A stretch of DNA of 64,000 nt from an uncultured cyanobacterium (lineage in GTDB: Bacteria; Cyanobacteriota; Cyanobacteriia; Cyanobacteriales; Nostocaceae): assembly GCA_963740315.1 (NCBI GenBank), contig CAVUDP010000003.1, forward strand, positions 352,001 through 416,000, read 5' to 3'. The notes beneath the pieces are model-generated. The model was not told where the DNA came from. It saw nothing but the letters and a program-made list of their open reading frames with translations, and searched no databases. Of the stretch, positions 1 through 10,842 are shown in pieces (position 1 is the stretch's first letter; every line of letters begins with the position of its first letter). The translations under genes were made by a program, and so were the position numbers.

Positions 1-114
1 GAGTAGGGATGAAATAATGTTTATTAACCATTACCAATTACCAATCCCCATAGACATGATAAATGTTTAAGCGGACATGATATCAATCCAAAATCTAAAA
101 TTTAAAATCCAAAA

Positions 115-1397
115 TCAGTTGGGTTTCATCACCACCACCCCATAAGCATCGGTGGAAAGATATGTTTGTGCAGCTTGCATCAAAGTATCTGCATCTTGGG
201 CTTGGATATGATAAGGGAAATCAAAAGCTGGTTCCAAATCGCCGATTAAAGTTTGATAATAACCGTATAAATTAGCGCGATCGCTAGATTTTCATTTGCA
301 AAAATAAACCTGTTGGCTACACGTTTGCGAACTCGGTTGATTTCCGATTCTTCTATTTCTGTTTGGATTTTACGAATATGTTCAACTATTGCTGATTCTA
401 CAGCAGCTAAATTTTCTACCTCACAATGAGCCGCAATGTAAAAAGTACCCTGTAGCTGATTGGTCATATTGCTTACAGATATATAGTTAACCAGCTCGCG
501 ATCTTCGCGTAAATCGCGCCACAATCGGGATGTGCGTCCGTGTCCTAAAATAGCTGAAAGTACATCCAGCGCATAAGTTTGACTTAGCTGCATTAACCCA
601 GGAACTCGCCAAAGCATAATTAATCTTGCTTGCTGAAGGCCTTCGTCAACATATTCCCCACGCACAATTTCTGTAAATGCTGGTTCTGGCTTTAAAGAGG
701 CGATATCTTGGGTTTCTATATTACCTATATCTCGCATCTCAACATTGTCAAAGCTCTGCGCGATAATATCAATCAACTCTTCTTCAGGTAAATTACCTAC
801 AGCAACAGCGGTAATTGACTTTGGTTGATACTGTTGAGCATGAAAAGAGCGCATTTGCTGCACTTGGAATTGAGAAATTACTTCTTCTGGTCCCAATACC
901 GGACGACGATATGGTAACTTTTCAAAAGCAGTTTCCATCACCTTTGTAAAAGTACGACGTTGGGGATTATCTTCACTACGCCTTATTTCTTCAAGCACCA
1001 CCAAACGTTCCCTCTCAAAAGCATCCGAGGGGAATCTTGGATTCATTACCACATCTACTTGCAGAGGTGCGAGTTTAGCAAAATCCTTCGGAGCAGTAGT
1101 TAGGTAGTAATGAGTATAATCTTGGCTAGTCGCGGCATTTGTAACGGCACCACGCTCTTCAATTCTACGCTCAAACTCTCCGCTTGCCAGTCGCTTAGTT
1201 CCTTTAAAAATCATATGCTCTAAAAAGTGAGCCATCCCGTTAATAGCATCACTTTCCGCAGCCGAACCCACGTTAACCCATAAATTGAGGTTGATCGCTT
1301 CCACTGGCATTTGCTCTGCTACTATTGTCAAACCGTTAGGTAAGTGTCGTAGCTTGGGGGCATTTAGACGAGGAAATTTTAGCAGAGTTGAGGACAT
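115..1397 (-). CDS. M16 (pitrilysin/insulinase) family zinc peptidase, frameshifted near 3' end
   Basis: HxxEH motif (AHFLEHMIFKGT). The ORF track ends at 246, but after a shift near 286-290 another frame continues SDRANLYGYYQTLIGDLEPAF...GVVVMKPN to TGA at 115-117. Confidence 0.88.
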
Positions 1398-1797
1398 TGG
1401 TAGTTTTGAATAAAAGCGTCTTACTCCTTTATCATAACTAGAACTTATTTGAATACCGAAAATAATGCTTTACTTCGAGATTTTACAGACTAAGTTCCGG
1501 TAAATCGAATTTTATCTCATAATTGTGTAAAGTCACAGACAAAATACCCGGCGATATAAATAAATTTTGATAATTTATATATTCATATGCCTTTGTAAAG
1601 GTAAATTAAATTGATTAAATTATGTATTGATTTAAATTCTATTTAAAGACTTCTTAAAATGAATTAATTATTAGTTATTTAGCTCTTATACTAAATTAGG
1701 GTTTGTAAAAATTGTTTTAGAAACTATACCATATCTGGAATTTGGTTTTTATTCAGGGTAAATATCACCACAACTTGATTATTAAACCAAAATAAAA

Positions 1798-2430
1798 ATG
1801 AAATTTTTATCTATTATTGCTGCGATCGCAAGTTTATCAATAGCAACTTCAGCCACGGCTCAATTAATCCCATCCACTCCTATAAAAACAGAGAATCGCA
1901 GCCCGACCAAAGTAAGTGTAATTAGAAATGGGACTCAACTGAGAATTTACCACGGAAAGAGAATTCAAACCATCAAAGCAAATAGTTTGAAAGCCCGAAT
2001 TTTAAACTCATTAACTTGTGAAGGAGAACAAGTCAAACGCCAAACTTTATCTGGTAAAAGAATTTTTCCACAAGCAGTCAAGCTAGATAAACAAACTGGT
2101 AATTTAGCTGTTGGTGTATTACTTCAAGATTGCTTTGGGCAAAATATAAGTGCAGTATTTATCCTACAACCCAAACCTAATTGGAATAATTATATTGTTC
2201 ATCGAGTGCCAGTTCCCGGAAACATCCAAATTAACGACAGATTTTCTACCTATCCTCTCCGAAACATTAAACAAATTGGATTTATAGATGGTAGTTTACT
2301 GATTAAACACGCAGACGTAGCAAATTCAGAAGCATTGCTAGTTTATACATCAAATCAACCTGTAGGAAAATACGCTGGTTGTATTGTTACGCAACAAGGC
2401 AATAGTAATATTTGTCCATCTTTTTATTAA
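1798..2430 (+). CDS. Secreted hypothetical protein
   Basis: 210-aa ORF with a classical signal peptide (MKFLSIIAAIASLSIATSATA) and four Cys. No family recognised. Confidence 0.7.
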   Translation: MKFLSIIAAIASLSIATSATAQLIPSTPIKTENRSPTKVSVIRNGTQLRIYHGKRIQTIKANSLKARILNSLTCEGEQVKRQTLSGKRIFPQAVKLDKQTGNLAVGVLLQDCFGQNISAVFILQPKPNWNNYIVHRVPVPGNIQINDRFSTYPLRNIKQIGFIDGSLLIKHADVANSEALLVYTSNQPVGKYAGCIVTQQGNSNICPSFY

Positions 2431-2651
2431 GGTTGTGTTTGAAGTAAGATTACCAATAATTATTGTGGAGCATCATAAACGTGTCATACGATCGTTTTTT
2501 GTAGTACGGGTAAGATGCCCGCTTTATTCACGATCGAGCTTTCATCTTTTTATTAACATTTTATAATCATAGAAAAATGAGTAGAATGCACGTATCATAA
2601 AAAGATAAAACACTAGAATTATTTAATTTTATTTATCGGAAGAAACTTTAA

Positions 2652-3216
2652 ATGGTAAAGACATTTTCAAAAATCACTTTAGAAGAATTTCTCAAGCTTC
2701 CAGAAACAGAGCCAGAAACGCGAATATATCAACGGTAAAATTATTCAAAAACCCATGCCAAAAACTCGCCACTCCAGACTTCAGGCAAAGTTTACTACCA
2801 ATATTAATAATGTTACTGAAGAGAAGCAGATAGCTTATGCATTTCCAGAGTTGCGATGCACTTTTGGAGGACGTTCGATTGTGCCTGATGTCGCAATTCT
2901 TTGTTGGAATCGGATTGAATTCGATGAAGAAGGAGAACCTAACGATGATGTGCTTGTTGCTCCAGATTGGACGATAGAAATTTTATCCCCAGAACAAAGT
3001 TCTAATCGAGTTACGGGAAATATTCTTCACTGTTTGCGACATGGTTGTCAAGGATGGTTAGTTGACCCCGATGATAAATCTATCTTAATTTTTCTACGCG
3101 ATCGAGAACCTAAATTATTTCAAGGTAGCGATAAATTAACTGTTTTGGATGGCATTGATATTGAGTTAACAGCAGAGGAAGTTTTTAATTGGTTAAAAAT
3201 GCATGTAGAGACGTAG
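2652..3216 (+). CDS. Uma2 family endonuclease, frameshifted near 2716-2721
   Basis: N-terminus MVKTFSKITLEEFLKLPETEP from ATG 2652, then EYINGKIIQKPMP...PDWTIEILSP in another frame. These are Uma2 signatures. Confidence 0.85.
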
Positions 3217-3230
3217 CATTGCTACGTCTC
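3205..3230 (+). repeat. REP-like element GTAG + palindrome (GTAGAGACGTAGCATTGCTACGTCTC)
   Basis: GTAG followed by the hairpin GAGACGTAGCA/TGCTACGTCTC. Relatives at 22816-22839 and 44814-44838 lie in the opposite orientation. Confidence 0.75.
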
Positions 3231-3359
3231 CATACCTCGTTGAATTTCGCAAAATATTTGTTTTACCCTGCCGTTCTTATAATTATCCCCAACACCCACA
3301 ACAACCCAAAAGCTATAAAATAATAAATATATATATTAAGAAAACTAAACTAAACATCA

Positions 3360-4859
3360 ATGTCAAATGGTTCGGGAAACTCCCGTGTAGTAGTTGTCGG
3401 CGCTGGAATTGGCGGACTTACCGCTGGCGCTTTATTAGCAAAAAAAGGTTACGAAGTATTAATTTTAGACCAAGCTCTCGTACCGGGAGGTTGTGCTTCT
3501 ACTTTCAAACGCAAGGGTTTTACTTTTGACGTGGGTGCAACTCAGGTAGCGGGTTTGGAGCCGGGAGGAATTCATCACCGTATTTTCTCTGAGTTAGAAA
3601 TAGAACTACCACGAGCTACACCTTGCGACCCTGCTTGTGCGGTATACTTACCCGGAGAAACTACTCCTATTAACGTTTGGCGCAACCCGCAGAAATGGCA
3701 AGAAGAGCGATCGCGACAGTTCCCCGGTAGCGAACCTTTTTGGAATCTGCTATCAACTTTATTCAAAGCAAGCTGGAAATTTCAGGCACGCGACCCCGTA
3801 TTACCACCACGTAGCTGGTGGGATTTACTACAATTAACTACCGCCGTGCGTCCGGATACTTTAGTTACGGTTCCCTATACTTTATCTACCGTCGGAGATG
3901 CTTTACGTTTCACCGGACAAGGAAATAATACACGTCTAAGAACGTTTTTAGATTTACAGTTAAAGCTGTATTCCCAGGTAAATGCAGAGGAAACGGCGTT
4001 ACTGTATGCGGCAACTGCATTGAGCGTATCCCAGGAACCGCAAGGATTGTACCACCTGGAAGGAAGTATGCAGGTATTGAGCGATCGCCTTGTACAATCT
4101 TTAAAAAGGGATGGCGGTAAGTTATTGATGCGTCATACGGTAGAACAAATCGAGGTAGAGAATAATAAAGTTAAAGCAGTAGTTATTCGTAACCAGAAAA
4201 CCGGGGAAACCTGGACTGAATCGGCAGACCACGTAGTTGCTAATGTTACAGTTCAAAATTTGATGCAATTACTTGGCGAAAAAGCTCCTAAAGGTTATAA
4301 AAAGCGAGTTGAAAAATTACCTCCTTCATCCGGTGCGTTTGTAATTTATTTGGGCGTTGATGAAAGCGCGATTCCTCTCGAATGCCCGCCACATCTACAG
4401 TTTCTTTATAATGCAAACGGTCCGATCGGTGAAAATAATTCCCTATTTGTTTCCGTAAGTCGTCCTAACGATGGGCGTGCGCCTGCGGGTAAAGCTACTA
4501 TTATTGCTTCTTCTTTCGTAGATGCAGATAGATGGTGGGATATTGAAAAATACGATGATTTAAAACAGCAGTTTACACAAGAAGCCATATCTCATCTTGA
4601 GAAATTTTTCTATTTAAAACCAGAAACCATTGTTCATGTAGAAGCAGCAACACCGCGAACTTTTTACACTTTTACCGCTAGAGATAAAGGTATTGTCGGC
4701 GGTATAGGGCAAAGAGTCCCAACTTTCGGTCCTTTTGGTTTTGCCAATCGTACACCGATAGATAATTTGTGGCTGGTAGGTGATTCAACCCATCCCGGTG
4801 AAGGTACTGCGGGAGTAAGTTATTCAGCTTTGACGGTGGTAAGACAGATTGAGAGTTAA
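3360..4859 (+). CDS. crtD: Carotenoid C-3',4' desaturase (CrtI-like FAD oxidoreductase)
   Basis: GAGIGG Rossmann motif, FDVGATQVAGLEPGGIH and the C-terminal GDSTHPGEGTAGVSYSAL typical of cyanobacterial CrtD. Confidence 0.85.
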   Translation: MSNGSGNSRVVVVGAGIGGLTAGALLAKKGYEVLILDQALVPGGCASTFKRKGFTFDVGATQVAGLEPGGIHHRIFSELEIELPRATPCDPACAVYLPGETTPINVWRNPQKWQEERSRQFPGSEPFWNLLSTLFKASWKFQARDPVLPPRSWWDLLQLTTAVRPDTLVTVPYTLSTVGDALRFTGQGNNTRLRTFLDLQLKLYSQVNAEETALLYAATALSVSQEPQGLYHLEGSMQVLSDRLVQSLKRDGGKLLMRHTVEQIEVENNKVKAVVIRNQKTGETWTESADHVVANVTVQNLMQLLGEKAPKGYKKRVEKLPPSSGAFVIYLGVDESAIPLECPPHLQFLYNANGPIGENNSLFVSVSRPNDGRAPAGKATIIASSFVDADRWWDIEKYDDLKQQFTQEAISHLEKFFYLKPETIVHVEAATPRTFYTFTARDKGIVGGIGQRVPTFGPFGFANRTPIDNLWLVGDSTHPGEGTAGVSYSALTVVRQIES

Positions 4860-4885
4860 CAGTGAACAGTGAACAGTGAACAGTT
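4857..4885. repeat. STRR heptamer repeat (AACAGTG)n
   Basis: Tandem heptamers directly after the crtD stop. Confidence 0.8.
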
Positions 4886-5133
4886 AAAAGTAATTGTAGG
4901 TTGGGTAGAGCGAAGGACATAACTCAACACCCGAATTGGGTTTCACTATATTGGGTAAAAGTAGCGAGCGGTGAGAGAAACCGCCACTTTTCTTCCATCA
5001 TCAAAGGATTGATGCACTATTCAAAACCTCCAGAATTACGCCATGTAAATAGCAAAAAACCTCCTAAGAAAGGAGGCATCATCTGTAATTTAAATTAATT
5101 GTAGAACAAACGTTCTTATCTGATAACTACTAA

Positions 5134-5181
5134 CTGCTCACTGCTCACTGATAACTGCTCACTGCTCACTGATAACTGCTA
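5134..5181. repeat. STRR heptamer repeat (ACTGCTC/ACTGATA)n
   Basis: Tandem heptamers in a convergent intergenic region. Confidence 0.8.
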
Positions 5182-5186
5182 ACTAA

Positions 5187-7262
5187 TTACAAAGTATTAC
5201 CATCTGCTGGTTGGGGTTCGGAGAATGATGGCTCAACTATTTGTGGTTCTGGTTGTGGTTCTGGTTGTGGTGGATTGAGGAAATCGCGCCAAGCGCCGAT
5301 CTGTTCTTGCGCTGCATTGTAAGCTTGCGTACCTTTGGGAACTAATTTAGCTGTTTCAATGGCGCGAATAATATCGGATTGACTTTGGGTGCGAGCTATA
5401 TCAAATATTTGCTGACTCCACCGATCCATCGCAATTCTGGCATCGGAACGTAATGGGGTATCTCTAGGTACGCGCCGCGCCAGATTAATTGCTTGTGACA
5501 AGGCGTTTGGAGTCCCACCTAATGCGACTTCTCGCGCTTTCCTCCAATTGTCTCTAGCCGCAACTTCTGATTGCCATTCATTTATATCTCTTTGGGCTTG
5601 CCCCGACAGTACTCTTCCGGATTCAATTTGTTTCGCGGTGCTAATTGCAGATGGTAAATCACCGCTACGTGCAAGGGCGCGAGCTTGGTCTAAGTAAGGC
5701 TGGTCTTCTATTCGCTGAACTTTGGTACTCCAACCGGCTATTTTTTTCCGTGCTTCTCGATACAAAGAACGTCCGCGACCAATTCGCTTTGCTTCGGCGA
5801 TCGCCGCTCGTAATGAAGCGGTATCTCCAAATAGTGCCAGTTCTTCTGCCCGTTCTAAAAACGGTCTATCTTCAATTACCTGTATTTGATTTGCCCAAGA
5901 ATTAATTTCTTTTCTGGCTTCAGTAGCGCGGGGGTTATTTTTGGGAATCAGTTTTGCTTCAGCAATTGCAGCAGATAAATCGCCGATTGAACCTTGAGAA
6001 GCAAGGGTTCGCGCTCTTTCCAAACGAGAAATATCTTCTATTTCCAATTGCCAACTAGCAATCAGTTTCTGCGCTCTTTGATAAATTGGTCGATTTAAGT
6101 CAATTTGCTGTGCGGAAGCGATCGCAGCTTCTAAACCAGAAATTGTTCCAGTCCAAGCATTTCTTTGCGCTTCAGCTAAAGATATGAAATCTGTTTTTTC
6201 TGCTTCTACTCCAGAAATCGGCGGAATTTTTTGAGCAATGTAGATAGCTTCCTCAGCATCCCTTTGCTTTAATTTATTTTCTGCCAATTCAAGGATATTT
6301 AGTCCAAATTCTGGAATTGCTTCTTGAGCTTTCTGATAAACATAGCTGTTTTTTGCGATCGATTGCGCCAGTTTAATCGCTCTAAGTATTTTATCTACAT
6401 TTCTACTCTTGGCTAAACTTTCAGCTTCGGCTAATTTCTCGCCATCTTCCCTGGCGGTAATAATCAGGTTATTTAACTCTTCGTACTTGGTACTAGCCCA
6501 AAATCTATTATTTAAACGTAGCAATTTCGCCGACTGCATAAAAGCAGATTGCCAACGCTGTTCGCGCATTTCGCCTTCTGCTTCTTTGTAAATATCACTA
6601 GCTTTTGACCAAGTTAATTTCCAACTGTCAATTTGGTCTTCTACTAATTTAGAAGCAGAAACATTGGAGGGTATCTTACGAGCAATTTCAATCGCTTCCT
6701 CTAATCTACCCGCTTGGAAACTCTCATCGGCTAACTGCAATATACTACGGGACCAATCTTCCACATAACGGTCAATTTCCGAACGCAATGGATGATTCTG
6801 CGGCAATTTCTTGACCAAATCAATCGCTTGCAGCAAATCTTTTACCGTGTCCTTAGAAGCTGCCAACTCAGCACAGTGAATCCGTACCGAAGCGCTAGCC
6901 AAAGGCCAAAAAATAGAAGGGCAGTTCGGTGCTGAGGGCAACTTTAAAAGAATCCCCATTGCCATAAATCCTACCGTACCGGGTATGAACGCTAGCAAAA
7001 ATGCCCATAAAACCCAGCTTGTAAGCCAGCGCGGTAATTTTCCAGAACTACCAGTTGCCGGAATTTCTTCTGAAAGACTTTTTAAAGTCAATTTTTTTGA
7101 ATTACTTTTGTTTTTGCTTGACACTGACTTAGAGCTAGAACCAGTAGCCGGGACACCATACTTACGGTCTTCGGATTGTTCCGTTTTGAATAATCGAGTC
7201 ATATCATCTGACTGCGTTCTTCTAGCTGATGACCAGCCCTCTGGAATATCCCGTTCTGCCAT
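5187..7262 (-). CDS. Conserved cyanobacterial membrane-anchored helical-repeat protein (often annotated 'chromosome segregation ATPase')
   Basis: 691 aa with one TM, the LPSAPNCPSIFWPLASASVRIHCA motif and TPR-like helical repeats. No Walker motif seen. Confidence 0.75.
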   Translation of the reverse strand: MAERDIPEGWSSARRTQSDDMTRLFKTEQSEDRKYGVPATGSSSKSVSSKNKSNSKKLTLKSLSEEIPATGSSGKLPRWLTSWVLWAFLLAFIPGTVGFMAMGILLKLPSAPNCPSIFWPLASASVRIHCAELAASKDTVKDLLQAIDLVKKLPQNHPLRSEIDRYVEDWSRSILQLADESFQAGRLEEAIEIARKIPSNVSASKLVEDQIDSWKLTWSKASDIYKEAEGEMREQRWQSAFMQSAKLLRLNNRFWASTKYEELNNLIITAREDGEKLAEAESLAKSRNVDKILRAIKLAQSIAKNSYVYQKAQEAIPEFGLNILELAENKLKQRDAEEAIYIAQKIPPISGVEAEKTDFISLAEAQRNAWTGTISGLEAAIASAQQIDLNRPIYQRAQKLIASWQLEIEDISRLERARTLASQGSIGDLSAAIAEAKLIPKNNPRATEARKEINSWANQIQVIEDRPFLERAEELALFGDTASLRAAIAEAKRIGRGRSLYREARKKIAGWSTKVQRIEDQPYLDQARALARSGDLPSAISTAKQIESGRVLSGQAQRDINEWQSEVAARDNWRKAREVALGGTPNALSQAINLARRVPRDTPLRSDARIAMDRWSQQIFDIARTQSQSDIIRAIETAKLVPKGTQAYNAAQEQIGAWRDFLNPPQPEPQPEPQIVEPSFSEPQPADGNTL

Positions 7263-7418
7263 CTCTCACACCAAAATTATATTAACAGGGGTTCGTTGAC
7301 TTGAGGAAGCGTGGTTTTGCTATAGTAACTTTTGAGCTATACAAAAAGCTACCTTTACACCATAATATCTCCACAGATACCATTACTTCCTCTCGTTTAT
7401 CAGTATTATTTTATACGT

Positions 7419-8324
7419 TTATCCGGGAACAGAAGATTCTGCTTGTAAATCGGCAATTAGCTGGGCTAATTGTTCGCTATTGGCAAGGTATACCTCGCCA
7501 CAAAATTCACAAATAGCTTCGGCACCGTCATCTTTAGCAATCATATCTTGCAGTTCGGCTTCTCCCAAAATTTTTAAGGCTCCTAACATTCTCTCAAAAG
7601 AGCAGCTACAATTAAACCGTAGGATCTGGGTTTCTGGAAATATATGAAGCCCCATGTCTCCTAATATATCCTGTAAGATTTCTGTAAGATTTTTTCCAGC
7701 TTGTAGCAGAGGTGTAAATCCTTGAAGGGCTGCTACTCGCGATTCCAAGTTTTCTACTAAAGCCTCATCTCTAGCAGCTTTAGGTAAAACCTGTATTAAT
7801 AACCCTCCTGCTGCCGTTACTCCTTGCGCTCCTACAAATACGCCTAAAACTACAGCCGAGGGTGTTTGCTCGGAAGTTGCTAAATAATGAGCTATATCCT
7901 CTCCTACTTCGCCAGAAACAAGTTCTACCGTACTCGAATAAGGGTAGCCGTAACCGACATCGCGGACTACGTATAAAAATCCTTTTCCAACTGCACCCCC
8001 AACATCTAATTTGCCTTGAGCATTGGGAGGCAATTCAACATTTGGATTTCCCACATAGCCGCGTACAGTTCCATCTAATCCAGCATCGACTAAGATACCA
8101 CCTAAAGGTCCATCACCTTTAATTCGGACATTGACTCTTGAACCGGGGCGCTTCATTCCTGAAGCCATCAATAAACCTGCCGTCATCGTCCGACCTAACG
8201 CCGCCGTTGCTACATAAGAAAGTTTGTGACGTTCTCGTGCAACTGCGGTCAATTTTGTAGTAATAGCACCTACTGCACGAATTCCACCGTCCGCTGCTGT
8301 GGCGCGAATTAACTGATCCGCCAT
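7419..8324 (-). CDS. hslO: Hsp33 redox-regulated chaperone
   Basis: MADQLIRATAA N-terminus, LATSEQTPS, and C-terminal CSCS...CEFC zinc ligands. Confidence 0.95.
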   Translation of the reverse strand: MADQLIRATAADGGIRAVGAITTKLTAVARERHKLSYVATAALGRTMTAGLLMASGMKRPGSRVNVRIKGDGPLGGILVDAGLDGTVRGYVGNPNVELPPNAQGKLDVGGAVGKGFLYVVRDVGYGYPYSSTVELVSGEVGEDIAHYLATSEQTPSAVVLGVFVGAQGVTAAGGLLIQVLPKAARDEALVENLESRVAALQGFTPLLQAGKNLTEILQDILGDMGLHIFPETQILRFNCSCSFERMLGALKILGEAELQDMIAKDDGAEAICEFCGEVYLANSEQLAQLIADLQAESSVPG

Positions 8325-8591
8325 TGATTAACCTTACATTTCTTAATATACAAACTTTCTCTATTGTAAGATGTTTGTTTTAATAGGATTGGATATTACC
8401 AGAACGCGCATCAAATACAAAACAAAACTCGATTGGGCGACATGGTAATTGTTTTTTCATGCTTGCAAGTTTTCGCGCCGGGATATGTTTGTATTTGCCA
8501 TACTATATTAAGAATTCAAATAATTTTGTGAAGCTGTACCGTCTTGGGGTATGCCCAAGTCGAGTAACCGCTAAACCTTAAAGGAAAAAAA

Positions 8592-8978
8592 ATGCTCGGT
8601 AGTTTTCAAAAAAGTCAGCTGCGGATAGAAATTGATGCATCGCAAAAGTTAATTAGTGACAGTCTGTTGCATCCAATGGAATTAGGAAAATGGTTGCCTA
8701 GTGGTAAATTTCCCTCTGGAATGCCAGAAGAACTGCATTCTGGATTCGAGTTTACCACTCGTATAGGACCCTTATCAATTCATCATCAAGTAGAAACAGC
8801 GAGTCCTAACAGCTTGCGCTTGCTACTGAGTCAAGGAATTGACGGGTTCCATGAATGGTATTGGGGAGAAGGTTGGGTGCAGTCTCGTTTGGAAGGCATA
8901 TCTCTTTTACCGCTTTCTTTAGGTCAAACAGCAAGTTTATTTAGTTTGCGTCAATATTTAAAATCAAAGGAAAGTTAG
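8592..8978 (+). CDS. Conserved cyanobacterial hypothetical protein (possible SRPBCC-like fold)
   Basis: 128-aa ORF containing GIDGFHEWYWGEGWVQSRLEG. Confidence 0.65.
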   Translation: MLGSFQKSQLRIEIDASQKLISDSLLHPMELGKWLPSGKFPSGMPEELHSGFEFTTRIGPLSIHHQVETASPNSLRLLLSQGIDGFHEWYWGEGWVQSRLEGISLLPLSLGQTASLFSLRQYLKSKES

Positions 8979-9047
8979 TTGTTAGTTGTTAGTTGTTAGT
9001 GGTTAGTTGTTAGTGGTTAGTTGTTAGTTGTTAGTTGTTAGTTGTTA
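8975..9047. repeat. STRR heptamer repeat (TTAGTTG)n
   Basis: About ten tandem heptamers. Confidence 0.85.
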
Positions 9048-9213
9048 GCGTTTAACTGGCGTAAAAAACAATGTGCTAACAAAATTCCCATTCACGCGGC
9101 TAGCGTTGCGTACCGTAGGTATTGCGTGCGGGCGTATCCCAATTTTACTTATTTTTTCTGCTTTTGTTAATTGTAAATTTTTCGATTAACTACTATCGAC
9201 TAACCACTATTAA

Positions 9214-9870
9214 CTAACCCTGACTTTTTTTCGCAACTTCAGCAACTGCTTCAACTTCATCGTTCGCTAAATTTTCTAAAATAGGTTTAGTTTCTGGAGT
9301 ACCTAAGCGATTCAAAGCTTGAGCCACTCTATAACGGATTTGCCAATCAGAATCTGAAGCATAGGGAGCTAAAATTGATACTGCTTCGGTGTTTCCTAAC
9401 TCTCCCATAGAACTAATAGCAGCAGTTTTTACCAAATCGTTATCTTCAGAAAGCGCTTGCTTGAGCATTTCAAAACCTCGCGGCTCTCCCAACTCACCCA
9501 AGGCTGCAATCACGCTTAATTTGATAATCCAATCACTCGTAGATTGATAAAGTTGTTGCAAATCGTCAAAAGCGGCTACTAACTTCAAACCTCCCAAACA
9601 GTCTGCTGCTGCTGCTTTTACATCAGCTTCTGGATCTTGAAGCAATCCCCGTAATAAATTGAGAGATTTATCTAAATCTTGCGTACCCAAAGTATCGAAC
9701 TGACTTACAGCAGAATATCGCACGCGAGCATTTTCATCTTTAATCGCACTTTGAATTAGCTCGAAACCAATTGCTGGTTCTAATTCCCGAATTTCATTAA
9801 CTCCCCGCAAGCGATCGCCTAAATCTTCGCTTTCTAGCTGTTTTTTCACGGAATCGGGAGTAATACTCAT
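9214..9870 (-). CDS. nblB: HEAT-repeat phycobilisome degradation protein NblB-like
   Basis: PBS-lyase HEAT repeats and N-terminus SVKKQLESEDLGDRLRGVN. Confidence 0.75.
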   Translation of the reverse strand: MSITPDSVKKQLESEDLGDRLRGVNEIRELEPAIGFELIQSAIKDENARVRYSAVSQFDTLGTQDLDKSLNLLRGLLQDPEADVKAAAADCLGGLKLVAAFDDLQQLYQSTSDWIIKLSVIAALGELGEPRGFEMLKQALSEDNDLVKTAAISSMGELGNTEAVSILAPYASDSDWQIRYRVAQALNRLGTPETKPILENLANDEVEAVAEVAKKSQG

Positions 9871-9969
9871 ATTAATTATTCTCTATTATTAAATTATTAG
9901 TTTTTAGCTTTTAGTTGTTAGTTGTTCATTTTTCAACTATCTATTATCCACTAACTACTATCCATATTC

Positions 9970-10434
9970 CTAACTTTGAGATTTCGCCATATCGCGAATA
10001 ATGTCACTCAATGACAGAATACCAACTATCTGCTCGGAATCATCGAGAACTGGAAGACGGTGAATTTTGCGATCGCGCATTATTTTCGCGGCTTCTCTCA
10101 AAGGTTTGTCGGGTGAAATAGTTATAGGTTTTTGATTCATTACTTCCCCAACTGTTTGTCCTAAAGCCTTGTGTAACTCGCGATCGTATTCGACAGGATT
10201 TTTTAAGTAAATAACGCTATCAAAAATCATAAAGTATGCCGGTGGGGTAACACCAGCTTGCTGCCACATTAAGTCTGTTTCCGAAATAACGCCGATTAAC
10301 TTACCAGCATCATCTACAACAGGTAAGCCGCTAATCCGTTTTTCTGCCAGAATTTTTATCGCTTCACGTAAAGGTGTTTCGGGCTTTACTGTTAAGGGAT
10401 CGCGGGTCATTACTTCAGCAACACTTTTTAACAT
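9970..10434 (-). CDS. CBS domain pair protein
   Basis: Two CBS motifs (ISGLPVVD...GVISETD; IHRLPVLD...GILSLSD). Confidence 0.92.
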   Translation of the reverse strand: MLKSVAEVMTRDPLTVKPETPLREAIKILAEKRISGLPVVDDAGKLIGVISETDLMWQQAGVTPPAYFMIFDSVIYLKNPVEYDRELHKALGQTVGEVMNQKPITISPDKPLREAAKIMRDRKIHRLPVLDDSEQIVGILSLSDIIRDMAKSQS

Positions 10435-10525
10435 ATAAGAAATATTTTTATTTACACTGGACTTATTGTAAGTAATTGTAGGTGTGAAGCTCGGAGCGTT
10501 AATACATCGTTACTTAATTAGTGGT

Positions 10526-10790
10526 TAGTAGTCCTTCATTAATTCTGACAGGTTCGTAGTAAGCGCTGTCTTCGCCTCCGGATTTAGGGGGAACCGATGC
10601 CCTTACTACGAACCTTTTTACCCGTCAAAAGTTTTGACAGGTTTGGGTAGTGCGAGCGTCTCGCTCGCTAGAAGCCACCAGCGAGCTAGAAGCTGTCCTA
10701 AGAGGACACGCTACGCGTTCACCTTACTGTGCGGAAGGCAGCACTACGAATGTATTTATTACCCATCATATTTAATGTGGCGGACTATTA
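10526..10790. repeat. Cluster of nested REP/REPIN-like inverted-repeat elements
   Basis: Perfect 14-bp inverted repeat AGGTTCGTAGTAAG (10550) / CTTACTACGAACCT (to 10615), and GTAGTGCGAGCGTCTCGCTCGC (10647) paired with GCACTAC (about 10747). Confidence 0.7.
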
Positions 10791-10842
10791 GTTGTTAGTC
10801 CAAAATTTTCAACTATCCACTATCTACTATCCACTACAGGAC